The translations under genes were made by a program, and so were the position numbers. Below the pieces are notes generated by a model. The model had not been told where the DNA came from. It worked only from the letters and a program-made list of their open reading frames with translations, and did no database searches. 64,000 nt of DNA from a virus. The DNA is taken from positions 117,956 through 181,955 of IMG/VR virus record IMGVR_UViG_3300005259_000074, one strand, 5' to 3'. Positions 20,901-31,193 of this stretch are shown piece after piece; the stretch's first letter is position 1, and each line of letters opens with the position of its first letter.

Positions 20901-22440
20901 AGCTACTCATGTTCCAGTATCTGACGGAATATACAGGATAACGTATGTCGACGGAGCCGTCAACTACGACTATTCTTCGTGGTTCACTACTGCTGGAGCT
21001 AGCTCTATCTTATTCAACATCCCGTTCTCGGCGTTCTTAAACGATTATGTGTACGAGTATGGTTTGAGTTCAATGTATCCTCTCGCTAGGAACAACGAGG
21101 GTAGGATGTACTGCAATGCGACCCCACTTCCTGGATTTGATTACTCTTATGGTTTTTCGACGGTCGCAGCAGCTGCGAACTACTACTCAGGAGACTACAT
21201 CGACATCACTGTCACTGGTGGAGATGGTTTGTGGTTCTATTATGCTGACTCTTCTGGAAAACCCTGCAACAACATGGGACGCATCTCTTATAAGATAACA
21301 CAGATAACAGATGATACGGAAGCATTAGTCGAGTCTTTCGATCTTCCGACAACTACTGGATTGGTGACTCCAACTTATGGGACAAAGCTCTATGATAAAG
21401 TGCAGTACTTCGACGCTGCTGGGTCTCCGGACAAAGACGTTGAAGAGTCTAACTCGATATCTCCGGGTACCGCGATAAAGGTGTACAAGTCAGGGACTGG
21501 AGTCATAACGGGAGGCGAGCTTAAAGTCGTGGTGTTCTACGACAAGAGCACTCCTTACGGGTACATCATGGGAACGGTCGACCGGCAGATCGATAAGTTC
21601 TACTTGGGGACAGACTTGGTGAGGAACTCGTCGAGAGACGTGTACAACTACGGCCAGGTGTCGTTCTACGGCAGCGTCGGAAATGAGAGTCAAGGCACTG
21701 CTTATTTGGGTGGCGGAAAGAATTCTGTGTCGACCGTCAATGCAGTCATCCAACGAAGTGTCGCCTCCACGGACACCGTGACACCCATAGTGAGATCTCA
21801 GTTGACGTCTGCGCGGTCTAACTTACATTCTTTCAAATCTTCTTCTAGCGCATATTTCGTCGGAGGATTGACTACTTCATCTCCGACATATGCGATAGAT
21901 AAACTCGGTTTTGCAAACGATACTTCTGCAGTCACGTCTGCTGCTAACTTATCTACCGCTCTTTACGGAGTGGCGTCGGCGAGCGACGGAAATGGTGGAA
22001 TGGCGTACTTCTGCGGCGGGCGCAATGCTTCTTACACTACCGACGTTGTGTCAAAAATGCTCCCATCGAGCGACACTATCATGGGTCTTTCTTCCGTCTC
22101 TCTGACTCAAGCTCGGTATAATGCTGCTACGGGAAGCGACTCGACCAGCGTGTACGTAGTCAACGGCAGAGACTCTTCTACTTCCAGTAGGTACTCGAAC
22201 GTAGATAAGATAAACACGTTCGCTGACACCGGTGCGGCGTCTTGGGCTTCGCCGACTGCCCTAGACGGTCAGGGAGTCATCGGAACGTCTCAGGCGATGT
22301 ACTTAGTCGGGGGAGCCGACAGTAGCCTCGAATACGGTTTCATAACTAAGCTCAATTTCTCCGACAGCACGGTGTCGTTCGTCTCGCAGATAGCTGGGAC
22401 GACATACGGTGGCGGTGGAGCTACAATAACAAGAAGGTGA
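17965..22440 (+). CDS. Large tail fibre/adhesin with LamG (ConA-like) domain and four internal repeats
   Basis: WHHVAMTWSGSTVILYIDG..LADWRLYNRVL; four xV(P/S)DGxYR(I/V)TY repeats; start at TAATG overlap with AGGAG SD. Confidence 0.75.
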   Translation: MGKIVKFPVAVTTQTASETQYGLCPMLEATVRTEANAGADAVASDSAVRAAIDAFNPSVEAVSIGAGTAVLNTVIAGNPNTVTFNSIAGRGFITATAQDDTIVLGTMQAGYPESASPSAEISLFRTINGGVLQEASTVDNGTFSSSITTTENITAGIPVTVSARFNACTIIGSQFANTAPTPTNNNVLAEGAVYLAVPDGTYRITYLNGATKYNSSYAYNQPLTTNQGMMYCNNTALPGYTASSGYSTLTAAQAAYTSQYVTVTVSGGVGLYFWFNATTNTNCSGFVQYMISAVNLVSVSAMMNASNGYNNSNTWTSTTYVPAALSDTNIPGGTEGPVRVAVPDGTYRVTYVNGGVTYHSYSAGPVDVTDGLVAQWMLNGDTTDSQGVRNATNVGVTFTYESIFSRSAGVFGGSGWAYFSQSGVPLVNTARSICGWMKISSSYGGSGGYATVFSMGTYGSSGYTDHGFALSVDSGYLSAQFGNSYHNYTAYNKILTDSTWHHVAMTWSGSTVILYIDGVAYLSVARSAINTVNGYGYGSIGTMYDGANGPQYTLLGELADWRLYNRVLTASDVANIMTYDTTSSGSGTVADPYGMWNVPFSTYAGSNPVIAAFPNGGKVFCNQTELQGFSNVAGYSSVVAAQQVYAGQYTDVIATNGLGLNFWYGDVTNYGYDNRGRITYSIAKVIPSTEESYDAFYDVQGGDAIGKIMMKCTTPFTTTNGSAKLSVGIEGESSVNAWPTTVTINPVMDCCKADATVWTNGVPPIAVDDINNIATGAFKLDVPDGTYRITYAAGAVWGAGVVSTNPWNQTVYYAQGYAYGPTSGGTVYNRSTLAACWSGAAFVNGTRLPGFNGGLVGTSGVNQYTQGYATFAAAQAANVGSYIDFTVTGGTGLWFYFTDLGEGNYHNEGYVSYTVFPLSYTGSLDMQVSVSAAYNLCPTVSTSYKVQPSYSAIGPYNSTGWGPGSLDTPLTTDCPNIPGATHVPVSDGIYRITYVDGAVNYDYSSWFTTAGASSILFNIPFSAFLNDYVYEYGLSSMYPLARNNEGRMYCNATPLPGFDYSYGFSTVAAAANYYSGDYIDITVTGGDGLWFYYADSSGKPCNNMGRISYKITQITDDTEALVESFDLPTTTGLVTPTYGTKLYDKVQYFDAAGSPDKDVEESNSISPGTAIKVYKSGTGVITGGELKVVVFYDKSTPYGYIMGTVDRQIDKFYLGTDLVRNSSRDVYNYGQVSFYGSVGNESQGTAYLGGGKNSVSTVNAVIQRSVASTDTVTPIVRSQLTSARSNLHSFKSSSSAYFVGGLTTSSPTYAIDKLGFANDTSAVTSAANLSTALYGVASASDGNGGMAYFCGGRNASYTTDVVSKMLPSSDTIMGLSSVSLTQARYNAATGSDSTSVYVVNGRDSSTSSRYSNVDKINTFADTGAASWASPTALDGQGVIGTSQAMYLVGGADSSLEYGFITKLNFSDSTVSFVSQIAGTTYGGGGATITRR

Positions 22441-22447
22441 TGTTGCG

Positions 22448-24160
22448 ATGGCTGTAGGTCAACTGACAAAATTCCCGATAAAGACGATCCTCGAGTTCGC
22501 CACCGACACGAGGAAGGGTATAATGCCCGTCCTCAAGTCTGAAGTCAAGATGCTCGAGGAAGCCAGCCCGTCCGGAGTGCCGTCTGAGCTGGCCGTCAGG
22601 AAGGCGATCAACCAGATCAACAGCCACGCGCAGTTCGAGAGCGTGGGCATTGGGATGCCGATATTCTCGCAGATGGCCGGGACGCAAGCTCAGATCAACT
22701 CTCTCATCCCATCTGGAGCAGACGCTATATGGTTAGACACCACGACTAACACGGTCATGCTGTCGGGGTGGGCAGTGTCCTCTTCGACGTCGGCGACTCT
22801 AGACTACATCGTGTTCAACGAAGGAGACATGTGCGTCAACGACAGCGTCATAGTCATCGATCCTCCGCTGAACGGTTCGTCTGTGATAACGACTTATGGT
22901 ATGTCGGTCCAGGGTGGGAAGAACCAGTACTGCGCTGAGATCAACTACGACGAGCTGGCTACGTCTGGAGTGGCGATCGCGACTGCTTACAGAGACGACG
23001 TGATCGGAAAGATCTTCATCAAGTGCGAAGTACCCCTAGAGCAGAACGGCTCTGTGTACAGCGTAGGAGACTGGACAGACAAGATCAAGTACACTCAGAA
23101 CTTCTCGGCTCCTGTCAACGCAGGTCTGGTCAACTTCGAGTACGGGGACGGGATGACCAGCGAGTTCTCTTGGATCTCCGCTGCGTCAGCTGACATAGTG
23201 CTATGGACGTATGGCACGCCTCCAGTCACTGGTAAACTTGGATTTAGCATCTTTTATGACCACGTGAATTGGGCGCCTGACTTCGGTTACTACTTGGGTA
23301 CAGGTGCGACGGACGTCATCAGGTTCGATTTGACTCAAGAAGACAATTCGTTTTCATATAGAGCAGCGTTAGCAGCAAACACGACCAGCTACGGTGTGTT
23401 CCAAAATGGGTACAACATGTACGCCGCTGGTGGGATATGGACGGCTGTCATGGCGACGATCCAGAAGTACAACTCGAAGAACGACACGCTCGCTGCAGTC
23501 GCGACTAGCGTGCTGACTGTAGCGAGGATGTCCACCAGGGGCGCAAACTCAACTCTGGCTGGGTACGTGTTCGGAGGGCAGACTGCCTCAGCGTCGTCGG
23601 CAGTCGTAGACAAACTGACATTCTCGACAGACACCACGAACGCAACGTCTAACGCTACGATGAACGCGGCTAGAGTCGGCGGGGGAACGGTCAGCAATAG
23701 CACTACGGCGATAGTCGCGGGAGGCTTCTCATACGGAGTGGTCCCGCTGTCTTCGATAGAGACTATGACGTTCTCCAGCGACACTACGATGGCACTGTCG
23801 TCTTCGACGCTGAGTGAGAACACTTACTGCATGTTCTCGTTCGACGCATCTTCCTATGGGTATTTGGTGGGTGGTCAGACTGGTTACTCGAGTTTTCATA
23901 AATATAACTACTCGAGCGGAGGAGTGACGACTGTCAGCTCGTCGCTAGTCATGCCGCAGTACGCCGGATGCGACGTGCAGACGGTCGCTTATGGGTACGC
24001 GATCGGCGGGTACAGCAACGGGACGCCTGCTACTTTCGCGCAGAAGATAGACATGGCAACTGACACGGTGTCCGTAGTCAATTTCGAGTGTCCACAGCTG
24101 AAAGACGCTTATGGACACTCGTTAGGTCCGGCAACTGGATGTCCAGGACTATCAGTCTAA
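22448..24160 (+). CDS. Tail fibre paralog
   Basis: Shares the N-terminal FP(I/V) motif and C-terminal repeats with the two upstream genes. Confidence 0.65.
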   Translation: MAVGQLTKFPIKTILEFATDTRKGIMPVLKSEVKMLEEASPSGVPSELAVRKAINQINSHAQFESVGIGMPIFSQMAGTQAQINSLIPSGADAIWLDTTTNTVMLSGWAVSSSTSATLDYIVFNEGDMCVNDSVIVIDPPLNGSSVITTYGMSVQGGKNQYCAEINYDELATSGVAIATAYRDDVIGKIFIKCEVPLEQNGSVYSVGDWTDKIKYTQNFSAPVNAGLVNFEYGDGMTSEFSWISAASADIVLWTYGTPPVTGKLGFSIFYDHVNWAPDFGYYLGTGATDVIRFDLTQEDNSFSYRAALAANTTSYGVFQNGYNMYAAGGIWTAVMATIQKYNSKNDTLAAVATSVLTVARMSTRGANSTLAGYVFGGQTASASSAVVDKLTFSTDTTNATSNATMNAARVGGGTVSNSTTAIVAGGFSYGVVPLSSIETMTFSSDTTMALSSSTLSENTYCMFSFDASSYGYLVGGQTGYSSFHKYNYSSGGVTTVSSSLVMPQYAGCDVQTVAYGYAIGGYSNGTPATFAQKIDMATDTVSVVNFECPQLKDAYGHSLGPATGCPGLSV

Positions 24161-24189
24161 GATGTAGTGTAACACGTTGGGAGACGTAA

Positions 24190-27100
24190 ATGCTTAAGTA
24201 CTTCCCCAAGAAGGGCGAAGATTTCTCTACTACGGCGAAAGCCAAAGAGTTCTCCATAAACCAAGTGTGGCAGAACTACGACGAACTGTGGAACTTCGTC
24301 TCGGGGTCTACTGAGGGCATAGGCTCTCTGGTGTTTGAACACGTGTCTAACTTCGTGCAGAACATAAGAGACATCGAGACGTGCGGCTTACACCAATTGT
24401 ACTCAATGGCGTCCGAGCTAGACGTCTCTCAAGTGTTCTCCTATGACTTGGAGTACCCATACCATCTCGAAAGACTCATGGACGAACTCTCCATCAGTAG
24501 ATCTCATTTACTGTGTTCCGGAAGTGTCCTGCAGGACGGAGTCATCAGTCAACTGTACACTGATGTAGGCTCACAGGTCAGCTCTATCGTCTGGTATTCT
24601 CCGTCTGGCTACGTGACTTCGGGATACATTCCGGGCGCTGTCAGCGCAGTTGTGTACAGCAATGTCATCGTAGACTCTACGTACTTGACCGACGTGATAG
24701 AGGGGTCAATCAGCGCTAACTTAGCGTACTACGCAAACCAATCGCTATATGCGTCAGGTGCGATGTCCGGCGTAGCAGCTGACTACTTAGGTTTCATGTC
24801 GGAGATATACAGCATCCCATCCGCGTTCACTTTCACTGCGTCTAACAGCGCACAGGTGGTGATGGACTGCACTCACACACTGCGCAACATCGCAGTAAAA
24901 GCCTCGTATCAGCGAGAGACATTAAAACGACTGGCGCAGAAGTTCGCAATGATAGGAACTACCAATGCCATCGAGAAGATCATCGGCGAATACATACTCA
25001 GGGGGTTCACCCGCAAAGATGACTGGCGGCTGTACGTCACCCCATCGGGCTCCGGACAGTCTAACTTAACTAACTTGTCGTACGCCCTGGAGTCTCACCT
25101 ACCTCGTTTGACAGACATCAATTCTTATTTCAACGTAGACGTAGTCGAGTACTACGACACCACAGAATACTTGAACGTGTCTGCTGAGTCTGCGCCTAAT
25201 TATATCGCGCAGTATTCCAGTGGATACCTCACGTCTTCATGGATCGACATCAGTGGTAATTTGTGTGAAGTGCAGTACATGTCCCCATCAGCAGTCGTCG
25301 CGTGGGTGCCGTCTGGTTACGTCGTCACTGGAGGCAACTCGAGGTTCTGGGAAGGAGATGTGTTTAGCGACTCAACTTATATGACTGATTGGACCGCTGA
25401 CCAGATAAGTGGGTACTTCAGCTCTATGGGCCTCAGTGCGATGACTCTTCCAGAAGCCACTGGATTCCATGCCTTCGTGTGGGACATCCTGGCTGCCAGC
25501 GGGTACAACCGCTACGCGGTGATCCCAGAGCTGACGGGTGTGCTGACTCCGAAGTACGCAGCGACTCCTGTGAGCGGTTACGACAGCGTGCCGGCGAGTG
25601 GGTGGCTGACACCCAGGACTAGCCTGTCGGCAATGCACTTTAAGTACATAGGAAATGCGTCTGGAGACACTCCGCCTGCCAATATCCAGAACTCGCTGTA
25701 CCCGACTGTCGCTCCACAACCCTTCATATGGAACTTAGTCGAAAAGATATACCAAGACTATCCAGACCTCCTCTCGACGATACTAATGACGGAACAAGCT
25801 ACAAGCGGGCAATGGTCTCAGATGGTAGACGCGTCTGGCAACTTAATAGACTCTTGGAAATACTTCAACCATGAATACATGGGCTATCAAACCGCATACG
25901 AGCAGTCAGACAACCTGAACTGGGCGGAGACGATGGACCCCAACATCGACAGAGATGGTCCGTTCAACCCCAATGCCTTGAGCGCTTTCATAACGTCTTA
26001 CGATGGAACTTATGCGACTATACAGCAGACTCTGTCTGGCTACTTCGCGAGCATCTCCAAGGAGTACGCCACTTCCGGAGTGCCAACGTCGGTGTCGGCG
26101 CAGCTAGTCGACTACAGAGACGATATGTTAGCTCTATCAGGCATGACCATAGCGCAGTACGGCTTCGACCAATACGACAACAACTACATTCTCTATAAGC
26201 AGTACGCAGGTTACGAGAACACTGGCACTATATGGATGAGGTACCGCAACCACCCTCTGCCGTTCCCGATGTGCGATGGACCTTACTCCAACTGGAGGGA
26301 GCAGCAGGTGTTCCTCTACGGAGGCCTCGGGATGGGCCTACAAGACATCGTCAACGGCGGTTGCTACGACATGGGTCACATCGGAGATGTGATGTGGGTG
26401 TACGGGAGTCCGGCGTCTGGGGCTTCTGACAGGCTCTGCGTGTTCCACAATGACTATACGTGGTTTCCGTCGCCGTCAGCAGTCACACTGTTCTCGGTCG
26501 TCGTAGACAGCAACGGAGGAGACTTACCTCAGTACATTGACATCGATAGAAAAAACTTCGTGGGGAGCTACTCGTTTCAAGACTGGCTGATATTCGTGCA
26601 GCTAATACCTACTTCTGGAGACATCACGGCCGGCGGAAACTTCGGAAATTTCAAGTTCAACCACTACAACACCATAACTCACGTGTTCGAAGACGCGCAG
26701 TTCACCAACTTGAACTTGCAGAACTTGCCTCCGCTGTACTACGCCGGCGACAACTCGCGTCCGTTCAGGCTGTCGGCTTCGCAGAGCATGGTGACCATAG
26801 CTTACGAGAGCGACAACTCCTCACACGCTGCTGAGTCGTACACCGGAGCGGGTTTTGCGAACGGCATAACGACGATAGACATCGACATCAACTCTCTCAG
26901 CGACGTTGCTGGCGCTTACACTGTGTTCGAATGGTACAGAGTGCTAGAGGACACGAGTGGGGAAGGGCCTTGCTATGGGCTGTGCAGCAGTTCTTCGTCT
27001 TCTGCTACGTCTAGTTCGTCTAGCTCTACGCACCCGACCCCACCTGGAATCTGGATATGGTGGGAAGCTGGAGGCTCTTCTTCATCCTCATCCTCATCTT

Positions 27101-27483
27101 CGTCATCGAGCAGCTCTAGCAGTCATTCATCGTCGAGCAGCTCTAACTCGAGTTCATCGTCATCGAGTTCTAGCAGCGAGTCAGTGTCTAGCAGTTCATC
27201 TTCAAGTTCTTCGACTGACCCTGCGACCATCTGTTATTTCGGCGTACTAACGTGGGGAACTAACTCAACAGATCCGTTGAACGGAGGATGTGCTAACGGT
27301 GGACAAGCTGGTTGTTGCAACGATGCGACAATGACGAGTAGTTGGCCAAAGGTCGTCCCGGGCGTTGTCACATACATCGAGAGCGGTTATTTCGCTGGTT
27401 GTCACGTCATGCTCTTACCATGCGGTTATAGCTGTGCAAGAGTTTATGATCATCCTGAGTGGCCTTGCACCTGCTCGTGTTAA
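24190..27483 (+). CDS. Large baseplate-associated protein (gp7-like, tentative) with poly-Ser tract and Cys-rich tail
   Basis: KFAMIGTTNAIE motif reminiscent of wedge proteins; Ser tract 27076-27213. Confidence 0.5.
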   Translation: MLKYFPKKGEDFSTTAKAKEFSINQVWQNYDELWNFVSGSTEGIGSLVFEHVSNFVQNIRDIETCGLHQLYSMASELDVSQVFSYDLEYPYHLERLMDELSISRSHLLCSGSVLQDGVISQLYTDVGSQVSSIVWYSPSGYVTSGYIPGAVSAVVYSNVIVDSTYLTDVIEGSISANLAYYANQSLYASGAMSGVAADYLGFMSEIYSIPSAFTFTASNSAQVVMDCTHTLRNIAVKASYQRETLKRLAQKFAMIGTTNAIEKIIGEYILRGFTRKDDWRLYVTPSGSGQSNLTNLSYALESHLPRLTDINSYFNVDVVEYYDTTEYLNVSAESAPNYIAQYSSGYLTSSWIDISGNLCEVQYMSPSAVVAWVPSGYVVTGGNSRFWEGDVFSDSTYMTDWTADQISGYFSSMGLSAMTLPEATGFHAFVWDILAASGYNRYAVIPELTGVLTPKYAATPVSGYDSVPASGWLTPRTSLSAMHFKYIGNASGDTPPANIQNSLYPTVAPQPFIWNLVEKIYQDYPDLLSTILMTEQATSGQWSQMVDASGNLIDSWKYFNHEYMGYQTAYEQSDNLNWAETMDPNIDRDGPFNPNALSAFITSYDGTYATIQQTLSGYFASISKEYATSGVPTSVSAQLVDYRDDMLALSGMTIAQYGFDQYDNNYILYKQYAGYENTGTIWMRYRNHPLPFPMCDGPYSNWREQQVFLYGGLGMGLQDIVNGGCYDMGHIGDVMWVYGSPASGASDRLCVFHNDYTWFPSPSAVTLFSVVVDSNGGDLPQYIDIDRKNFVGSYSFQDWLIFVQLIPTSGDITAGGNFGNFKFNHYNTITHVFEDAQFTNLNLQNLPPLYYAGDNSRPFRLSASQSMVTIAYESDNSSHAAESYTGAGFANGITTIDIDINSLSDVAGAYTVFEWYRVLEDTSGEGPCYGLCSSSSSSATSSSSSSTHPTPPGIWIWWEAGGSSSSSSSSSSSSSSSSHSSSSSSNSSSSSSSSSSESVSSSSSSSSSTDPATICYFGVLTWGTNSTDPLNGGCANGGQAGCCNDATMTSSWPKVVPGVVTYIESGYFAGCHVMLLPCGYSCARVYDHPEWPCTCSC

Positions 27484-27629
27484 ATAAACACAAATGGGAG
27501 ACTATTTCACAATGAAAGAAAATTTAAGGATATGATCCGATATTGTCATTTTATGACTACGTGTGCATCAAACGTAATTAACTTTTCTGAGAATAAATAC
27601 CCTTAGACAGAATCAACTGCGAGAACATA

Positions 27630-28208
27630 ATGAAATTTTTCGACATTTTAACTGAGTTGACTCTCTCAGAGTCTTTCAGTGACAACGCATACGTCTTTGA
27701 CTTCGACGACACGCTGTTTCACACTGACTGTAAGATAGAGGTTAGAGACAAGAAGACTGGCGGAGTGGTCAAGCGCTTGTCGTCGGCTCAGTTCAACCAC
27801 TACAAGTTGGACTCAGGAGAGGAATTCGACTTCTCGGAATTCGAAGACGTCTCGCGGATAATGGCTGGGAAACCTGCTAAGATGCTCAGAGCTGCGCAGA
27901 ACATATCTGATGCAGTGACTAGCGGCAAATCCAATAGCGTCATCTACGTGGTCACTGCGAGAGCTGGAATGGGGACAGAAGACGCTATAACGTCTGTGTT
28001 GAACAAACACGGTGTCTTCGTCAAGCGAGAGAACGTGTACGCGGCCGGTAACACTGCCAAAGACACTGGGGACATCCCCACTGAGAAGTCTAAGATTGTG
28101 AAGAGCATCCGTGAGAGACACGGAGGTAAGATAATGTTCTACGACGACAGCTCGGCCAACGTGGCCGCTGTCAAGGATGTCAAAGGCGTCAACGCCAGAA
28201 AAGTCTGA
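27630..28208 (+). CDS. HAD-superfamily phosphatase
   Basis: VFDFDDT, VVTAR, K and FYDD motifs I-IV. Confidence 0.8.
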   Translation: MKFFDILTELTLSESFSDNAYVFDFDDTLFHTDCKIEVRDKKTGGVVKRLSSAQFNHYKLDSGEEFDFSEFEDVSRIMAGKPAKMLRAAQNISDAVTSGKSNSVIYVVTARAGMGTEDAITSVLNKHGVFVKRENVYAAGNTAKDTGDIPTEKSKIVKSIRERHGGKIMFYDDSSANVAAVKDVKGVNARKV

Positions 28209-29667
28209 GATAGTGTCTACAAAGAGACTGAAACTGGAGAATTTCGCTTCCGGCCCAGGCGCTAAGCAGTTCGTCTTAACGACTACTTATATGCTCGGAT
28301 CGGCTGCCATACCCCTGTCTTCCGACGTGTTCTTCGCCGGACAGGACGGGTACGCGTTAGAAGCTACTCCGGCGAACGTGTACCAGGGGTATGGCTCAGA
28401 CTCCACGATATACAGCCAGAACTTCTTCTTCAGAGACTACTCCGTGATGAATCCGGACGCAGCTCTCAGTGGAGTGGGGCTGACCGTCCGCCCGAACAGA
28501 GCCTCAGCTAAAGACTTAGTGCAATTCGGTGACTACTCATTCTTATTGACTAACGACACAGTGTCAGGACTGTTCTTCGCTGCGCAAACTACGCCCGACT
28601 CGGCTGTCTCAGGATGCGTCAGAGAAGACAACTTAGTGGTGACATACGCCCCTTCAGCTACATCAGACGACCCAGAGATAGACATCATATACAGAGACGT
28701 CTCGTTCAACGCCAGCACAGAAGAACCTGACTTGATATTCGCGTCTCTAGACACATCTGGTTACACTATCTACGTCAAAGACGCAGTGCTGTCTGGAGAC
28801 TCTGCGTACGCGATCCCGGGGGCGAGTGGCATTCCTTTCGCGTGGATGTTAGAGTACGATCTCAAGAACGAAGCTATATTTCCCGAGCCAGCTCAAGTAT
28901 TCGGAAAAGCTGACGGCACTACTTTCGTATGGAATACACTAGTTAAAGAAGCTGATGCAGAAGTATATTCACCTAACGCATCAGCAGACACCATATCGAA
29001 GATACTGGTGAATCCGTTCGCTCTGAAGAATATGTACAATTACGACTGGAACGTTGAGGGAGACAGAGACACCGGAAAATTGACTGGTGTCAGAAACTAC
29101 GTGAAGTGTGGAAAAGCTCAGAATCAGATGTGGATGAGTTATCGTTATTTCCGAGATGAAGAAGATGTAACGCAAAACTACGAATACATCGAGAGGACAG
29201 CAGGACTCTATAAGTTCCAACCAGCTAATGGTCATAAGAGCAACATATACTCAGTGAGGATCAACAACTCGGGGTTAACCGACGATCAGAGAGAACCAAC
29301 AGAAACGAGGACCGCTAAAGAACAGCTGCGCACTATCATTGAACAAGTCATCAAAAATGCTGTTAAAAAGATAGCTCCTGTCAACACTCACTTGTGGATG
29401 GTCGACTGGAAAGGACAAACGCTCGTTACTCAATCGAGCAGTTCGTCGAGTAGCAGTTCATCCAGTTCGTTATCTTCTAGCAGCTCTTCAAACAGCTTCA
29501 GCTCCAGTTCGTCAAGCAGTTTCAGCAGTAGTTCTAGCAGCTTTTCGTCGTCTAGCTCGTTCTCGAGCAGTTCTTCGAGCAGTTTCTCATCGTCTAGTTC
29601 TTCTGAGAGTTCGTCTAGTAGCTCATCATCCAGTTCTTCTGAGAGTTCTAGCAGCAGTTCTATTTGA
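28177..29667 (+). CDS. Baseplate-associated protein with C-terminal poly-Ser tail (start uncertain)
   Basis: IKNAVKKIAPVNT motif; about 75-residue Ser-rich tail 29434-29661. Confidence 0.55.
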   Translation: MSKASTPEKSEIVSTKRLKLENFASGPGAKQFVLTTTYMLGSAAIPLSSDVFFAGQDGYALEATPANVYQGYGSDSTIYSQNFFFRDYSVMNPDAALSGVGLTVRPNRASAKDLVQFGDYSFLLTNDTVSGLFFAAQTTPDSAVSGCVREDNLVVTYAPSATSDDPEIDIIYRDVSFNASTEEPDLIFASLDTSGYTIYVKDAVLSGDSAYAIPGASGIPFAWMLEYDLKNEAIFPEPAQVFGKADGTTFVWNTLVKEADAEVYSPNASADTISKILVNPFALKNMYNYDWNVEGDRDTGKLTGVRNYVKCGKAQNQMWMSYRYFRDEEDVTQNYEYIERTAGLYKFQPANGHKSNIYSVRINNSGLTDDQREPTETRTAKEQLRTIIEQVIKNAVKKIAPVNTHLWMVDWKGQTLVTQSSSSSSSSSSSSLSSSSSSNSFSSSSSSSFSSSSSSFSSSSSFSSSSSSSFSSSSSSESSSSSSSSSSSESSSSSSI

Positions 29668-29772
29668 GAATTCAGTAGTGACATACTTCTATGATTTCTA
29701 AGACTGTTGCGTGAGTTAGTTTAACAAAAAAGATAAATAGAGGATAACAACACCTCTGGAGGCACTTCTAAC

Positions 29773-30438
29773 ATGTCTATCATCGAAGTCGAACTTAAGA
29801 CTGTCGCTCCGCGGAAGTGGACTGGAAATTTTGGCCAGTCTGCTCCGACTATCGACTCTTCTACTGGCGTTAACATAGGAGACATAGCGGTCGACAGCAG
29901 CGCCGTGGAGTACGTGTGGACTTGTTTAGATGCTACTACTGGAGCTCCAGTGTGGCAGAAGATTCTGACGACAACTTATATAACGCAGAATGCTGCTCCA
30001 GCTGGAACAGTGAGTTATTTTGCGATGTCTTCACTTCCAACTGGATGGTTGGAATGTAACGGAGCTGCAGTCAGCAGGACGACTTACGCTACACTGTTCG
30101 CGAACATCAGCACGACTTATGGCGCAGGTGACGGCACTAGCACGTTTAACTTACCAGACCTCCGGGGTTATTTTCTCCGTGGTTGGGACCATGGCGCAGG
30201 TGTCGATACCGGGAGGAACATCGGTACTTCACAACTAGATGGACTTGCAAGTCACAAACACACTACTACTCATACAACTCACGGTGCCAACAGAGGTGAT
30301 CCTTCGCCTTATTGGTACGCTGGAGATGGTGATAACTTAGATCCATCAACTTTTACTGTCACTTTCTATGAAGCGTCTGGTGGTGGTACAGAGACTCGGC
30401 CGAAGAACGTCGCTATGATGACGTGTATAAAGTACTGA
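29773..30438 (+). CDS. Tail collar domain protein
   Basis: PTGWLECNGAAVSRTTYATLF..FNLPDLRGYFLRG..ETRPKNVA. Confidence 0.9.
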   Translation: MSIIEVELKTVAPRKWTGNFGQSAPTIDSSTGVNIGDIAVDSSAVEYVWTCLDATTGAPVWQKILTTTYITQNAAPAGTVSYFAMSSLPTGWLECNGAAVSRTTYATLFANISTTYGAGDGTSTFNLPDLRGYFLRGWDHGAGVDTGRNIGTSQLDGLASHKHTTTHTTHGANRGDPSPYWYAGDGDNLDPSTFTVTFYEASGGGTETRPKNVAMMTCIKY

Positions 30439-30448
30439 GAGGAAGCAG

Positions 30449-31183
30449 ATGAGCAACTACAAACTAGCGTATAACTATGATTCACACGGTTTCTACTCCG
30501 GCCTCAGCCGGGCGTGGGAATCTCCTCTAGAACCAGGTGTGTATCACATCCCCGGAGACTCGACTCTGACAGCCCCTCCTTCGGTTGCCGACGGCGCGAT
30601 CGCGATGTGGACTGGATCAGCTTGGACTTCTGTAGAAGACAACAGAGGTAAGACTGCGTACAACGTCAAAGACGCGTCTCAGCAAGCTACAGTGCCAGAA
30701 ACTAATGTCGTCCCCCTCGGTCTCACCGTCATCACTCCATCTTGTTCGAAAGAATTATTGAGTTCGTGCTCTTTCGACAGTTCGTCTGGGACGTGGACAG
30801 TGGATCCAGTCAAGGGAAGCGCAGCGAAGTACAAGAAGTTGTACTCGGACATCGACGTGAGGACAGCAGCTATACTGAAAACTGGGATGTCTTATGAGAA
30901 CCAGATGTTCGCGTGCGACTCTCAGGGTCAGGCCGACGTAACAGCGCTATACTTGGAGTCTCAAGATACTTCTACGAGCTATCCAATCTCATTCTACAGT
31001 GGGACTGCGGTGTGGTCAGCTGCTTCAGCGAGCGATCTCATTGCATTCTGCAGATCAGTGAAGGCATTCATCGGCGAAGTCAAAATGAAAGCGCTATCTC
31101 TCCGGAAAGAGATAGAACAACAGAGTGGAGAGTCGTACGCCGACTGGTTCGCTAGACTCCAAACGTGGACTGACCCAAGATAA
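30449..31183 (+). CDS. Tail fibre assembly chaperone-like
   Basis: ESPLEPGVYHIP..STLTAPP..W..VEDNRG; follows the collar gene. Confidence 0.7.
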   Translation: MSNYKLAYNYDSHGFYSGLSRAWESPLEPGVYHIPGDSTLTAPPSVADGAIAMWTGSAWTSVEDNRGKTAYNVKDASQQATVPETNVVPLGLTVITPSCSKELLSSCSFDSSSGTWTVDPVKGSAAKYKKLYSDIDVRTAAILKTGMSYENQMFACDSQGQADVTALYLESQDTSTSYPISFYSGTAVWSAASASDLIAFCRSVKAFIGEVKMKALSLRKEIEQQSGESYADWFARLQTWTDPR

Positions 31184-31193
31184 GAAGATAAAC

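Noticed and set aside
29434..29661. Microsatellite or CRISPR-like repeat in the Ser tracts
   Set aside because: No fixed DNA repeat unit or spacers; the repeat exists only at protein level. No CRISPR array was seen in the window.
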